Numbered from the stretch's first letter, positions 27,624 through 37,868 are shown. The stretch is DNA of 64,000 nucleotides from Deltaproteobacteria bacterium (GCA_900299195.1 OMIX01000081.1:1407-65406); one strand, 5' to 3'. Numbers and translations are program-made. The notes: generated by a model not told the origin, from the sequence alone.

Positions 27624-30146
27624 TTAGTTGTTTGTATTCTCAATATCCATAGGCATTTTCAGCGATTCAGATCCATTAAAAAGATCCCATTGATCTCGAT
27701 CTAAATTCAACGCATTGCTTCTGTTTCTTTTTCCTTGCTGAGATTGGGTTTCAAGAACATGCAAAATTTCTTTAGCGCGAGTTAAGACTTTCGAGGGGAG
27801 ATTGGCCAATTTAGCCACCTCAATTCCATAACTTTGATTACAAATTCCCGGGCTGAGTTGATAGAGAAAAATAATTTCGTTCTTAAATTTCTCAACTCGA
27901 ACATTTGCATTTTTGAGTTGCGGGTGGGCTTTTTCAAGTGCGGTAATTTCATGAAAATGGGTAGCAAATAAAGTTTTGGCTTTTACTTCCGTGTGAAAAT
28001 GCTCAACCAGTGACCACGCCAACGAAAGACCATCATAGGTACTGGTTCCTCTCCCGATTTCATCGATAAGAATCAAGCTTCTTGGAGAAGCCATTTCTAA
28101 AATACGGGCTGTTTCTGTCATTTCCACCATGAAAGTTGAGCGACCACTACTCAGATCATCAGAACTGCCGATACGGGTGAAAATAGCATCTACCCTAGGG
28201 ATATCTGCGGATTTGGCAGGAACAAAGCAACCGATGTGGGCCATGAGAACGATCAGGGCTACTTGACGCATGATCGTCGATTTTCCCGCCATATTCGGCC
28301 CAGTGATGATTAGCGTGCGACAATCTTCCTCTGAAAAAAATACGGAGTTGGGAACAAAAGTTCCCGCAGGAAGCAGACTTTCAATCACGGGGTGCTTCCC
28401 TTCCACAATTCGTAGAGACCAATCGGAAGAAACCTTGGGTTGGGTATAGCCCCGTTTAGCTGAAACGGTAGCGAAACTTAAAATGACATCCAACTCGCCT
28501 AAAACTCGAGCATTTTGAAGCAGAGGTTTTGAATTTTGGGCCACCTCTTTGCGCAACTGAAGAAAAAGAGACTCTTCGAGACTTTTTAAGCGGGTTTCGC
28601 TAGAAAGAACTCGCTCTTCGAAATTTTTGAGTTCTTCCGTAATAAATCTTTCCCCGTTGGCAATGGTTTGCTTACGAATATATTCTTCGGGTGCTTTGTG
28701 TAAGTGAGACTTGGTAATTTCTATCGTGTAACCAAAAACTTTACTGTATTTGATTTTTAGCGAAGAAATCCCGGTACGTTCTTTTTCTCTCACCTCAATT
28801 TTAGCGATGGTTCCCTTAGCATCTTGAGAAAGCTCTCTGAGTTCTGAAACTTCTTTGTGGTAGGTACTTTTAAAAATACCCCCTTCCCGAAGCGTGGCAG
28901 GTGGAAAATCTTCAAGGGCATTTTCAAGTTCTTTGGTAAGATCCTGCAATGGGTCCAACCGTTTGATAAATTTTCTAAAAAGTGGAGCCTTGGCCTCTTT
29001 TAAGCATTTTTGAATTTCAGGAATTTGTTTAAGAACTGCTTTAATGCCCACGAGATCTCTGGGCATAGCAAGTCCTAGAGCGGCCTTAGTAGTGAGTCTT
29101 TCGAGATCCCTAATAGTGGAAAGTTGGGAAACAAGCGTCTCTTGAATTCCAGGGGAACTTAAAAGCGCTCGAACGGCGTTTTGCCTTTCTTCAATCACAT
29201 TCAATTCAGTGGAGGGCCGAGTGAGCCATTCTTTTAAAGTTCTGCGTCCCATGGGAGTCTGGCAGTGATTTAAAGACTTAAATAAAGAAGGGGATTCTTC
29301 GTCGGCTAGCCCTCTCAGCACTTCTAAAGAACGCAAAGTGGTCGTATCTAATGCCATCGAAGTATCATCGAAAAGAGAAGTGGGAGCTTCGAGAAAGTGA
29401 AGCTTTTCGATTTTCTGAGTTTCTTGAAGGTATTTTTTTAAAGCCAAAAAACTTATTGATGATTCCGATTTTGTGGAATCAAAATAATCATTTCGATAGG
29501 TAAGGGTTATGAGCGGAAAATATTTGATGCTCTCGGCGAAGGGTGGAAATTCAAGGAATTTCTGAGACAGAAGGAGTTCCTTTGGAGCGTATTTATAAAG
29601 GAGGTCTGTGAGTTGTGAAGAATTTTCAATGGTCCCTAGTTTGAGTTGCCCACTGAGGAGATCAAGAAGTGCCACTTCAATCGTTTGTGAATCGGTTACA
29701 CCTAGAGCCATCAGATAGTTATAACTATCCTCCGAGATGAGTTCAGGATCTCCAACTAAGGCCGGAGTCACAACTCGAACGACTTCTCTCTTTACGATTC
29801 CCTTGGTAGTTTTAGGATCTTCAACTTGCTCGCAAATGGCAACTTTGAATCCTTTGGCGAGAAGTTTTTGTAAATAACTTGAAACTGCATGGTAGGGAAT
29901 GCCACACATAGGAATAGGATTAGCGGCGCTTTTGTCACGTGAGGTGAGCTGAACTTCAAGTACGGGAGCCGCTTGAACTGCATCCTCAAAGAACATTTCG
30001 TAGAAATCGCCCAACCGATAGAACACAATTGCGTCGCTGTACTGTTTTTTGAGTTCTAAATATTGCGCCAGCATGGGGGTGACCGTGTTCGGGGTCTTTT
30101 GGCTATCGAGAGTTAGGTTCGATGAGTGATGTTCTGAGCTTTTCAT
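27624..30146 (-). CDS. mutS: DNA mismatch repair protein MutS
   Basis: N-terminal TPMLAQYLELK...FYRLGDFYE mismatch-binding motif and Walker A GPNMAGKST. The start is set at the ATG at 30146 (MKSSEHH...), because the 40 extra upstream ORF-track codons have no MutS counterpart. Confidence 0.95.
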   Translation of the reverse strand: MKSSEHHSSNLTLDSQKTPNTVTPMLAQYLELKKQYSDAIVFYRLGDFYEMFFEDAVQAAPVLEVQLTSRDKSAANPIPMCGIPYHAVSSYLQKLLAKGFKVAICEQVEDPKTTKGIVKREVVRVVTPALVGDPELISEDSYNYLMALGVTDSQTIEVALLDLLSGQLKLGTIENSSQLTDLLYKYAPKELLLSQKFLEFPPFAESIKYFPLITLTYRNDYFDSTKSESSISFLALKKYLQETQKIEKLHFLEAPTSLFDDTSMALDTTTLRSLEVLRGLADEESPSLFKSLNHCQTPMGRRTLKEWLTRPSTELNVIEERQNAVRALLSSPGIQETLVSQLSTIRDLERLTTKAALGLAMPRDLVGIKAVLKQIPEIQKCLKEAKAPLFRKFIKRLDPLQDLTKELENALEDFPPATLREGGIFKSTYHKEVSELRELSQDAKGTIAKIEVREKERTGISSLKIKYSKVFGYTIEITKSHLHKAPEEYIRKQTIANGERFITEELKNFEERVLSSETRLKSLEESLFLQLRKEVAQNSKPLLQNARVLGELDVILSFATVSAKRGYTQPKVSSDWSLRIVEGKHPVIESLLPAGTFVPNSVFFSEEDCRTLIITGPNMAGKSTIMRQVALIVLMAHIGCFVPAKSADIPRVDAIFTRIGSSDDLSSGRSTFMVEMTETARILEMASPRSLILIDEIGRGTSTYDGLSLAWSLVEHFHTEVKAKTLFATHFHEITALEKAHPQLKNANVRVEKFKNEIIFLYQLSPGICNQSYGIEVAKLANLPSKVLTRAKEILHVLETQSQQGKRNRSNALNLDRDQWDLFNGSESLKMPMDIENTNN

Positions 30147-30515
30147 GGGATGAAAAACAAGTACCAAACCCCTCCTACCTAGACAAATAAAAAATAACGA
30201 AAGGCTTACTAGTGCCCGATTCATGGCGTATTCTAAGTGTGTTCCCGCGGGGATTTGATGGATCAAAAATATGAACTAAAGAAAACAACAACTTTTCAGG
30301 TAGTTGTTACTGTCTAAGTTATAAACAGTCTGCGATTTAAGGGTTCTTTGGGCCCATGTCCAAACTTCAGCCAATATAACAATTCGAAGTTGTTAGCTTT
30401 TATGAATGGATGATGAAGCTGTTTGAGTTTTAAGCAAATTGGGATTTCACTTTAGCCTCAAACGACCACCATACTTTTGGTATTCACATTGCTCATTAGT
30501 TCAGTAGGGGGCAAC

Positions 30516-32300
30516 ATGGGGTTGGCTGAAAGTTCAGTACAATATTTGAAGAAATGGACATCCTTAGCATGGGTTCTCATTTCTATTTCAGGCGGAGTTA
30601 TGGGGCATGAGGGCAATCACCCAGAACCTAAGCAAAAGATGCCTGAAAAATCTAAAGCCAGTTCTTCATTACTGAAACAGTTTGGAGAGCAAAACCAATC
30701 CAAAAAAACCGAAAATTTAAAGTCAGAAATGGTTGATAACAGTAAAACGATTTCTGAAGAAGGAACCCAAACCGAACTAGAGTCTTCAAATGATTTGGTA
30801 ACTAATAATTCTAAAAGTTTACCAACTCCACCCGTTCCTTCGATTATTGTTCCGGCTTTGGGCGATGATTCATCAGGTTCAAATTTATCCTCGGGGTCGA
30901 CTTTCTCTTCTTCTTCTAGTTCTGGACCTTCAATCTCTCCTCCAGAAGGGGAGCCTGAGGAGGCTAATGAAAAAGCTAAAAAAGAACTTACAGATCTAGT
31001 CGATCGGGCTAATAAAAATGTTGAAACCTCGGTAGCCTCAACTCCGGAAGAAGCTAAAAATGGAGCTTTTAACCCGGATGATGGAATTACAAGTTTAAGT
31101 AGCATCACTTACCATACGAACAACGATGCGATTTGTTTAAAATCTCGTGGGAACGGTAAACCCGACGGAGCCGTGTGCGAACAATGGCTTGATAAAGAAA
31201 TTTCAGACCACGGTACTGCTGGAGATTCTTCTCCTCTTGAGCGGAAATTCTATGAGTTATGGGAAAAAGCAAAAGATAATATTTCTCAAGGAGCTTATCG
31301 TATTTGGGATATTGCTTTAAAAGCTAAAGAAAACCTACTGGATTCTCATGGTAGATTGAATATGGTTGGCCTTTCAAAATTTGAATTGAACAAAGAAGCT
31401 AAAGAGGTGGCTGCAGAGTTGGGAACCAAATCTGCAGAACAGGCATTAAGAAACTCTTTAGGCAATCAAGCGCCCAAGGATGGCGAGGTAGTAGCTCCAC
31501 CACCCGAAGCACTGCGAGCTCTTGCAGTGAATATCTCGCGTGGCATTGTAAATCATGCAACTTCCAAATGGGCTCAGATACAAATTGCGAAAGAAGGGGT
31601 TGAAATTCTGACCAACGTCGAAAGAGACGCTCAAAAATATAAATCCGAAGTCGAAAAAGGGGATAACATTAGAGCCTCTGGGGAAGAGAGACTCCTCAAT
31701 CAAGCGCCTTTGGATCCCGAGACTGTGGGAATAAGTCTCGATGAAAGAGCGGCTCGAGCACAAGCTTTAAAACAGACTGATACCCGATTAGTGAACCCTT
31801 CTTTTGAGGGGGATAAAGTCGTAAGCGGTGGTTTAAATCGTGAGCGAATCGATGAATTTGCTTACCGTGCTACAGTCGAACAAATGGCTAATCCTTTTAA
31901 AAATACTTCCGAGATAGAGCGATCCGACCAAATTCAGATTTCTGAACGGCAAATAGCTTCTGAAATTGCTGTCGGTTCAGATTCTGAAGAGGAACAGGAA
32001 CAAAAGGTAACTTTAAAATCGATGACACCCAAAGCTCAAATTGAAGCCTACAATCGACAATTAGAAATCGCTGCTAGAAATATGGAGGCCATTGCAGCTG
32101 AATCTTCATCGTTTGTGAATACGGGAAGTAAAATTAGAGCGAACAAACTTAAAGAAGGCGAAACCGTTTTGACGATCAATGATTTAACTCCGGCACAAAA
32201 ACAGGAAATCAACAGTGGTTCAACGCCTTTAGCTCAAAACCCCAGTGCTAAAGTAGAAATTCCAAGAGCGGCTTCGCAACTTAGCATTACTCGATATTAA
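30516..32300 (+). CDS. large secreted/anchored hypothetical protein (Ser-rich, acidic)
   Basis: The ATG at 30516 lies 5 nt after GGGGG. It has an N-terminal hydrophobic segment (WTSLAWVLISISGGV) and a Ser/Pro/Glu low-complexity linker, then about 450 aa with no motif I recognise. Confidence 0.45.
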   Translation: MGLAESSVQYLKKWTSLAWVLISISGGVMGHEGNHPEPKQKMPEKSKASSSLLKQFGEQNQSKKTENLKSEMVDNSKTISEEGTQTELESSNDLVTNNSKSLPTPPVPSIIVPALGDDSSGSNLSSGSTFSSSSSSGPSISPPEGEPEEANEKAKKELTDLVDRANKNVETSVASTPEEAKNGAFNPDDGITSLSSITYHTNNDAICLKSRGNGKPDGAVCEQWLDKEISDHGTAGDSSPLERKFYELWEKAKDNISQGAYRIWDIALKAKENLLDSHGRLNMVGLSKFELNKEAKEVAAELGTKSAEQALRNSLGNQAPKDGEVVAPPPEALRALAVNISRGIVNHATSKWAQIQIAKEGVEILTNVERDAQKYKSEVEKGDNIRASGEERLLNQAPLDPETVGISLDERAARAQALKQTDTRLVNPSFEGDKVVSGGLNRERIDEFAYRATVEQMANPFKNTSEIERSDQIQISERQIASEIAVGSDSEEEQEQKVTLKSMTPKAQIEAYNRQLEIAARNMEAIAAESSSFVNTGSKIRANKLKEGETVLTINDLTPAQKQEINSGSTPLAQNPSAKVEIPRAASQLSITRY

Positions 32301-32302
32301 CG

Positions 32303-33052
32303 CTAACCCTCAGTAGAAATCATTTTTTCATCCCATTTTTCAGAAAAGAAGACAGATTTGGGACCACTAAAAAAGAGGTTTCCATTTTTTAAGGCTAACA
32401 CCCAATCGCATTCTTTTTCGACGAAATTCAAATCGTGGGTGCTAATGAGAATTTCCATCGGGCGAGTTGATTTAGCATGCATCAGAGATTTCCAAAACCC
32501 ACGAGAGGCTTGAATATCTAGGTGATTCGTAGGTTCGTCCAACACGATTAAAGGGGCCTTTCGAAGCATTGCAAATGCCAAGAAAATTCGTTGGCGTTCA
32601 CCTGAGCTGATCGCATTCAGAGTTTTATTGAGCAAATGAATTAAATTTAAAGAATTCAAAAGAATAGAACAATCTGTGGATTCAATCGAGGGAAGTTTCC
32701 CAAACAAATGGGACTGTGGAAGAAAAGCCAATTCTAAAAAGTGTTTTACTTTAAGATTGGAAGGATAGACGGGCTCTTGAGGAACAAAAGCAATTAATCC
32801 GGAAAGATCTCTTTCAGAAAGTGATTGAATCGAATGTGAGAAACATTTTAAGGACCCATCGATGAGAACGCTTTCTCCGATTAAACTTTTAATGAGCGTG
32901 GTCTTCCCAGAGCCATTTAAACCGACTAGAGCTGTAACGGATTGAAATGGGATTTTAAAATAAATGGGTTGCTGTGAGATAGGTGCGGCCTTGTGATATC
33001 CCAGGATCAATCCTTCCGCTTCAAGAAAATAATTTGTGTTTATTTTTTCCAT
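32303..33052 (-). CDS. ABC transporter ATP-binding protein (FecE/BtuD-type)
   Basis: Walker A GLNGSGKTT, signature ISSGERQR and Walker B LIVLDEPTNHLD. Confidence 0.85.
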   Translation of the reverse strand: MEKINTNYFLEAEGLILGYHKAAPISQQPIYFKIPFQSVTALVGLNGSGKTTLIKSLIGESVLIDGSLKCFSHSIQSLSERDLSGLIAFVPQEPVYPSNLKVKHFLELAFLPQSHLFGKLPSIESTDCSILLNSLNLIHLLNKTLNAISSGERQRIFLAFAMLRKAPLIVLDEPTNHLDIQASRGFWKSLMHAKSTRPMEILISTHDLNFVEKECDWVLALKNGNLFFSGPKSVFFSEKWDEKMISTEG

Positions 33053-34014
33053 AAAAGGTAAAGAAAAAGGGGACCTCCCAAAAGAGTGGTGACAATTCCA
33101 ATGGGAAATTCCAATGGCGGTAATAAAGCTCGGGATAAAGAGTCTGAAAGGCAGAGAAACAAGGCGCCGATGAGAAAAGATAACCCGAGAAGGTATCGCG
33201 AGGATGGGGGCTGAACCCAGAGCCTAATTGCATGAGGTACTACCAACCCAATAAAACCAATCGCGCCAGAGATTGAAGTAATGACGGTAAGTAGCAATGA
33301 GGTTAACACAAGTAAAAAGGTTCTCATTCTTGAAGGCGAAAAACCTAGCGTTCTTGCCATAGAATCCCCCAAACTTAATCCATCTAAATATCTCCCCAAT
33401 ATCCAAAGGGTGAAGCAGAGTGGGAGCACAAGACTGATGAAAACCATTGATTGATTTAGGTTGAGCCAGGGAATGTTTCCAAACAGCCACCGAAGAGATC
33501 CCCCACCATTGGATTGATTATGATAGGAAAGGAGAATGAAAAGTGCCGATGAAAAAACAAAGTTAACTCCCATACCAAAGAGAACAATCCGCTCCATGTT
33601 TTTTATGGTCTTCCAGTAGTAACAGAGAATCAGAATCGTGATGACACTCAAGGCGAATAAAAAGCCCATCCCAAAAGCCTGCGGAGTTAAAGCGGCCCAT
33701 CCCAACAGCGTTTCTGAAATAACGATACCCAAGGTCACAGCGGAGGAAACTCCGAGCAAATAGGGTTCAGCCAAGGGGTTGTGAAAAAGAATTTGGTAGG
33801 TGGCTCCTAGCATGGCTAAAGCCCCACCGATCCCAAAGACTAAAATGAGTCGCGGAATTCTTAGTGACCACAATAGGTGGTGGTCTATGGAATAGGGGTC
33901 ATTGAAATTCCAAAGAGCCCTTATTGAGAGGCGCTCTCCGCCGCAAAATAGCAGTAGAACCAAAACAAAAATAAATCCTAGTCCTAAGGCTGATGAGAGA
34001 AATTTATTCTTCAT
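33040..34014 (-). CDS. FecCD/BtuC-family ABC permease
   Basis: 324 aa with about 9-10 TM helices and motifs RIPRLIL, AEPYLLGVSSGA-like (AEPYLLGVSSAV) and GAIGFIGLVVPH. Confidence 0.85.
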   Translation of the reverse strand: MKNKFLSSALGLGFIFVLVLLLFCGGERLSIRALWNFNDPYSIDHHLLWSLRIPRLILVFGIGGALAMLGATYQILFHNPLAEPYLLGVSSAVTLGIVISETLLGWAALTPQAFGMGFLFALSVITILILCYYWKTIKNMERIVLFGMGVNFVFSSALFILLSYHNQSNGGGSLRWLFGNIPWLNLNQSMVFISLVLPLCFTLWILGRYLDGLSLGDSMARTLGFSPSRMRTFLLVLTSLLLTVITSISGAIGFIGLVVPHAIRLWVQPPSSRYLLGLSFLIGALFLCLSDSLSRALLPPLEFPIGIVTTLLGGPLFLYLLWKK

Positions 34015-34847
34015 GGAAGTTCACCCAGAATTTTAGGCAATTCCCTAAGCGCTGTAAAAGTCGCTCGCCCAAAATAATCGGAATGTAACGGAATCACTTT
34101 GACTCTTCTGTTTTTCCACCATTGGGTGACAAATTTTTGAGCTTGGGTCAATTGAGAATCATTGTCTGTTAAAACAAACAAAAATTCGGGTGGGTTTTTG
34201 ATAAACCACTCAATCGATACTTGAGGGTACGGATTTCTAATTTCTTGGCTTAATAGATTTTTTCCTCCGAAATGTGAAATGAGATCGGAGAGAAATGATG
34301 AATGACCTACTAGGGTGAGCGGTGAAAACCACGCCGTAACTAAAAAAGTGAAGGGTTTTTGATATTGTGTTTTAATTTTCCAAAAATCTTTTTTTTCTTG
34401 ATTCAAGAATACAGAGCTCTCTTGGTAAAAAATGTTCTTAGATAATTCCTGGGATTTTTCGAAGAGATCATCAACCGAATGAATGGAGAAGGACTTATAA
34501 TTTATTTTTAAATGGTTTAACTGATGAACCATTTGAGCTGGGGTCGAAGAGGCATCAATAAGAACTAGGTCAGGAGCGAAGCTTAGTATTTTCTCGAGGT
34601 TAGGCAAAAAGAAAGTGCCAACACGTGGAAGATATTTTGCGGGTTCAGGATAGTTGCTGAAGTCACTTACTGCAATAAGGTGACTTGCGAATCCTAACTG
34701 GAAAACTAACTCCGTCATCGTCGGACTGGTAGTGATCACTCGGCTGGGCGCTTGGTTTTGTGCCTTCAAAACCGGAGCTAGCAGCAACCAGAGACCCAAG
34801 AAAAATGTTGAAAAAAAATGCATCGCGGAACTACACTCCGAAACCAA
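34011..34847 (-). CDS. periplasmic substrate-binding protein (BtuF/Fe-siderophore/haem class III SBP)
   Basis: 278 aa with a signal peptide and RVITTSPTMTELVFQLG...IAVSDFSNYP typical of Peripla_BP_2. An alternative ATG start lies at 34823. Confidence 0.7.
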   Translation of the reverse strand: MVSECSSAMHFFSTFFLGLWLLLAPVLKAQNQAPSRVITTSPTMTELVFQLGFASHLIAVSDFSNYPEPAKYLPRVGTFFLPNLEKILSFAPDLVLIDASSTPAQMVHQLNHLKINYKSFSIHSVDDLFEKSQELSKNIFYQESSVFLNQEKKDFWKIKTQYQKPFTFLVTAWFSPLTLVGHSSFLSDLISHFGGKNLLSQEIRNPYPQVSIEWFIKNPPEFLFVLTDNDSQLTQAQKFVTQWWKNRRVKVIPLHSDYFGRATFTALRELPKILGELP

Positions 34848-35097
34848 CTTGAAACCTTTTAGTTACACTATATACCGAAGTCATTTCAACAACTTATAAT
34901 TGTGTCAAAAAAATAACCAAGTCTAATCGACGTTAAAACCGATAAGTTAGCAGTAAGATTCGGAAAATGTTAGAATAATGTTGTAGGGTGGGGTTTTCGC
35001 AACTAGCGATAGGCAACACTGGCTTCCTCTCGATTTACCATCAATCAGCGGCGTACTTTGCAGACATAACTTTCTCTGAAGTTTTTAGGGAGGAATT

Positions 35098-35706
35098 ATG
35101 GAACGAGTTAAACCGGCCACGGTTACCGATTTGATGGATTATTTCACTCTGGAGCTCAAGTCTGTGATGGAGCTTCATAGGCTTTCAGCCCGAGAAGGGT
35201 CAATCCTTTATTTGGCCTCTTTACTTTCAAAAAATATAGAAACCGAGCGTTTTTTTGGTGTTGGAGCTGATGGAAAGCCGTCTGATACTCTATTGACCGA
35301 ATTGTACATTCAATATCTTCAGGCCCGCGAGGAAGAAAAACGAATCATTCTACAAAGATTGGGTGACCTTTGCTTAATGATCAGTGGATATTTTGCAGAA
35401 AGTATTCGTAAAAAAATTGTGGATATAGGGTTCTATTTTGGAATGGGGGGATCTGCTTACTATGCGCTTTCCAGCATGGTCCAAGAGAGGGAGTCCAAGC
35501 AAACGTTCGATGAGCTTTCGACTAAGTTCCAGTGTTTTTCAAATGTGCTGGGAGAGATGAGTGAAAGAAGCGGATTACAATCTAATAAAGATGTTTTGAA
35601 ACTTTACGAACGATGGATTGAAACCGGTAGTGATCGCCTTAAAAATCTTTTGGATGAAAAGGGAATTAAGACTCCTTTTAAGATCAATATGAAGGTGAGC
35701 CAATAG
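35098..35706 (+). CDS. hypothetical protein
   Basis: 202-aa ORF with a strong RBS (AGGGAGG 5 nt upstream of the ATG), predicted soluble and helical. I recognise no family motif. Confidence 0.5.
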   Translation: MERVKPATVTDLMDYFTLELKSVMELHRLSAREGSILYLASLLSKNIETERFFGVGADGKPSDTLLTELYIQYLQAREEEKRIILQRLGDLCLMISGYFAESIRKKIVDIGFYFGMGGSAYYALSSMVQERESKQTFDELSTKFQCFSNVLGEMSERSGLQSNKDVLKLYERWIETGSDRLKNLLDEKGIKTPFKINMKVSQ

Positions 35707-35716
35707 TGAGGTCGGA

Positions 35717-36388
35717 ATGCTCGCAGTTCAGCAAATCGACAGAGCTTTGAAACGTCTTTACAACATTGAATCCTCCCATTGCGCTGAGGATTTCTTGATT
35801 TTTCATAAACCTATTATTTCCCTTAAAAATGCAGGTTCTAAAGACTTAAGTGGGGCGCTCTTTATTCGAGGTGCGGATTCTCTGCTGGATGATCCAGAGA
35901 GCTCCCTAGACCTTGGGATCTATCTAAGCTCTAGTGTACGGGAAACCTTGCATAATTTTCACCTCTGGGTTTCTCCCTGGTCGGTTGAGCAATTGAATGC
36001 CTTTTGTGTGGCCTGCGAGGAAGTTAGCCATTTTCATTACCTTCTTTATAACGTGAACAAAAGTCGACCTATCAGCCAGTTCGAACTCGAGTTACAGGGT
36101 GAAGTAGACAAGTTCGTACTGTCGTTATTCAGTCACTTTGACGTTTCGTCGAGACCCCAGGAAAAATTTGAATTTTTGATGAGCCAGTTATTTGAGCAGT
36201 TTCGTCTCATTTCTTCCCTTGAAGAATCTCAAAGGCGGCGTTACCTGGAAGCAAACTGTTTTGCTAGAAGGTTTGTGCAAAAACTAAAAAAATATTTTTC
36301 TGAAACTCACGATTTTTCAAAAATTATTCACCAAACTCGAAGGTTCTACCAGTCGGATTTAGCGACTAAAATGAGTTCTCTTCTCTAA
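35717..36388 (+). CDS. hypothetical protein
   Basis: 223-aa ORF starting 10 nt after the previous stop, so probably co-transcribed. It contains a Cys/His-containing segment FCVACEEVSHFHY. I recognise no family. Confidence 0.45.
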   Translation: MLAVQQIDRALKRLYNIESSHCAEDFLIFHKPIISLKNAGSKDLSGALFIRGADSLLDDPESSLDLGIYLSSSVRETLHNFHLWVSPWSVEQLNAFCVACEEVSHFHYLLYNVNKSRPISQFELELQGEVDKFVLSLFSHFDVSSRPQEKFEFLMSQLFEQFRLISSLEESQRRRYLEANCFARRFVQKLKKYFSETHDFSKIIHQTRRFYQSDLATKMSSLL

Positions 36389-36389
36389 G

Positions 36390-36881
36390 TCATTCCGAGG
36401 CTTTGAGTTTTTCTATTAAACCTGTGGTGGAGTATCCAGCTATTAAAGAGACGCAAATGACCTTGCCGCCCCCACTCTCTACTACATGTCGTTCAGGCAG
36501 GTCTTCTATTTTGTAATCCCCCCCTTTCACATGGATATGGGGCTGGATTAATTTCAGAAGCGTTTCCGGAGTGTTCTCATTGAAAATCGTAACGAAAGAT
36601 ACCGATTCTAAGCCTGAAAGTTGCAAGGCCCGGATTCTTTCGGGATTGAGGGGGCGTGATTTGCCTTTGAGCTTTTGGACAGAGAGATCTGAGTTGATCC
36701 CCACAATTAAAACGTCTCCCATTTGTCGAGCTTCATGCAAGTAAGAGATGTGACCCAGATGAAGCAAATCGAAACAACCATTAGTGGTGATGATTTTCTT
36801 TCCCTGGCTTTTTAACTGTAGAGCCAGCTGAGCAATCTTCTCAAAGGGAATGATCTTACTTTCTAAAACTCTAGCTGCCAT
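36390..36881 (-). CDS. D-glycero-beta-D-manno-heptose 1-phosphate adenylyltransferase (RfaE domain II type cytidylyltransferase)
   Basis: 163 aa with TTNGCFDLLHLGHISYL (the HxGH nucleotidyltransferase motif) and VGINSD....KGK.RP motifs. Confidence 0.8.
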   Translation of the reverse strand: MAARVLESKIIPFEKIAQLALQLKSQGKKIITTNGCFDLLHLGHISYLHEARQMGDVLIVGINSDLSVQKLKGKSRPLNPERIRALQLSGLESVSFVTIFNENTPETLLKLIQPHIHVKGGDYKIEDLPERHVVESGGGKVICVSLIAGYSTTGLIEKLKASE

Positions 36882-37828
36882 TAGTTTGAATCGTATACAT
36901 TGGTTCCCGAAAGAACATCAAGGATATTTCGACCGTTCTTGTGAACTATCAAGAAGAGAGAGGGAACAATAGGGGCTGAAAATAGGAAGGTCCAAAAAAT
37001 CCTCATGGCCTTCCTCATGGTATAGTTTTCTTCAAGTTTGTCTCCGTAAGAAACTCCAATCGACCAAACCCACATACCGAAAGTCCGTTTTGAAATCAAA
37101 AGGCAAAATCCTAAATAACCAAACCAAGCTGCTGCAAATTCTAAAACAGCCATTCTCTGAAATTTAGCTTGTCCGAAGTCTGCCAGAATTTGGATAGAAA
37201 ACCCGGAGCTAAAATCATTCATTAAATTTGAGGTTAAAACGATCATGGCGGTCCAAATAAGAAGAACAAAAACGTGATCGATCACGCCAGCTAAAAGTCG
37301 TTTGAAGACTGAGGGGCGTGGAAGTGGAGGAGGTTGTGTGTTTGGGTATTTTTCAGAAGCCGAAGCCACTTCCAGTTTGGGAGGTTGAGGGGGAGCTTCA
37401 AAAAATTGGGGCTGGCCAGGCAAAGAGGGGGGATCCATGACTTCGGCTAACCGATTTTCAGAAACACGCACCTCCGATTTCAGGGGAGGAGGTGTTTTTT
37501 GTTCTTGGATAGGCTCAATAACGTCTTGCAAAATTTGTGCTTCCAAGGTGTGAACTGGTGATGCTTCTGATTTTAGGGGAAGCTTAGAGGAAGTCAGTTT
37601 CTCGTGCTTATCCTGATCTAACTTTATCTTTGGAGTAACACTTTTAGGGCTTTCAAGACCCAACCCTTCCGTTAATGGAATAAAAGCTCGTCGATAAGCA
37701 GTGCCTTGGTCCACCAATTCCTCAGTGAGAAACTCTTGCAACTCACTGAGATCTTGAATCTGGGCTGTGGGCGGAGGAACGTGTTTTGTCTTCCCTTTTT
37801 TTGCACGGTGGTGAATTTGTGGTTCCAA
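36881..37828 (-). CDS. RDD family membrane protein with Pro-rich N-terminal region
   Basis: The C-terminal ~150 aa (KRLLAGVIDHVFVLLIW plus 3 TM helices) fit the RDD domain. The N-terminal half is Pro/Glu/Gln-rich. Its stop overlaps the downstream start by 1 nt (TAATG). Confidence 0.6.
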   Translation of the reverse strand: MEPQIHHRAKKGKTKHVPPPTAQIQDLSELQEFLTEELVDQGTAYRRAFIPLTEGLGLESPKSVTPKIKLDQDKHEKLTSSKLPLKSEASPVHTLEAQILQDVIEPIQEQKTPPPLKSEVRVSENRLAEVMDPPSLPGQPQFFEAPPQPPKLEVASASEKYPNTQPPPLPRPSVFKRLLAGVIDHVFVLLIWTAMIVLTSNLMNDFSSGFSIQILADFGQAKFQRMAVLEFAAAWFGYLGFCLLISKRTFGMWVWSIGVSYGDKLEENYTMRKAMRIFWTFLFSAPIVPSLFLIVHKNGRNILDVLSGTNVYDSN

Positions 37829-37868
37829 TTTGCCCTCCCTCTATTGCCATCTTAAACCTGAAATTAGT

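Noticed and set aside
30147-30266. A 40-codon N-terminal extension of MutS in the ORF track.
   Set aside because: The extension is hydrophobic and has no MutS counterpart. The ATG at 30146 gives a normal MutS N-terminus, so the extension is treated as an ORF-calling artefact.
32300-32303. Convergent gene pairs whose stop codons are only 1-2 nt apart (32300/32303 and 36388/36390) with no room for terminators.
   Set aside because: This is noted as a curiosity of a compact genome. There is no sequence evidence for a specific regulatory function.
34848-35097. Possible cobalamin riboswitch upstream (minus strand) of the BtuF-like importer operon.
   Set aside because: The minus strand reads GGTAAATCGAGAGGAAGCCAGTG, partly like the GGGAA.CC.GTG core. 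I could not find the complementary CTGG closing helix, the CCCGCCACTG segment or a B12 box (AGxCxGGAxACCTGCC). An Rfam RF00174 covariance-model scan would settle it.
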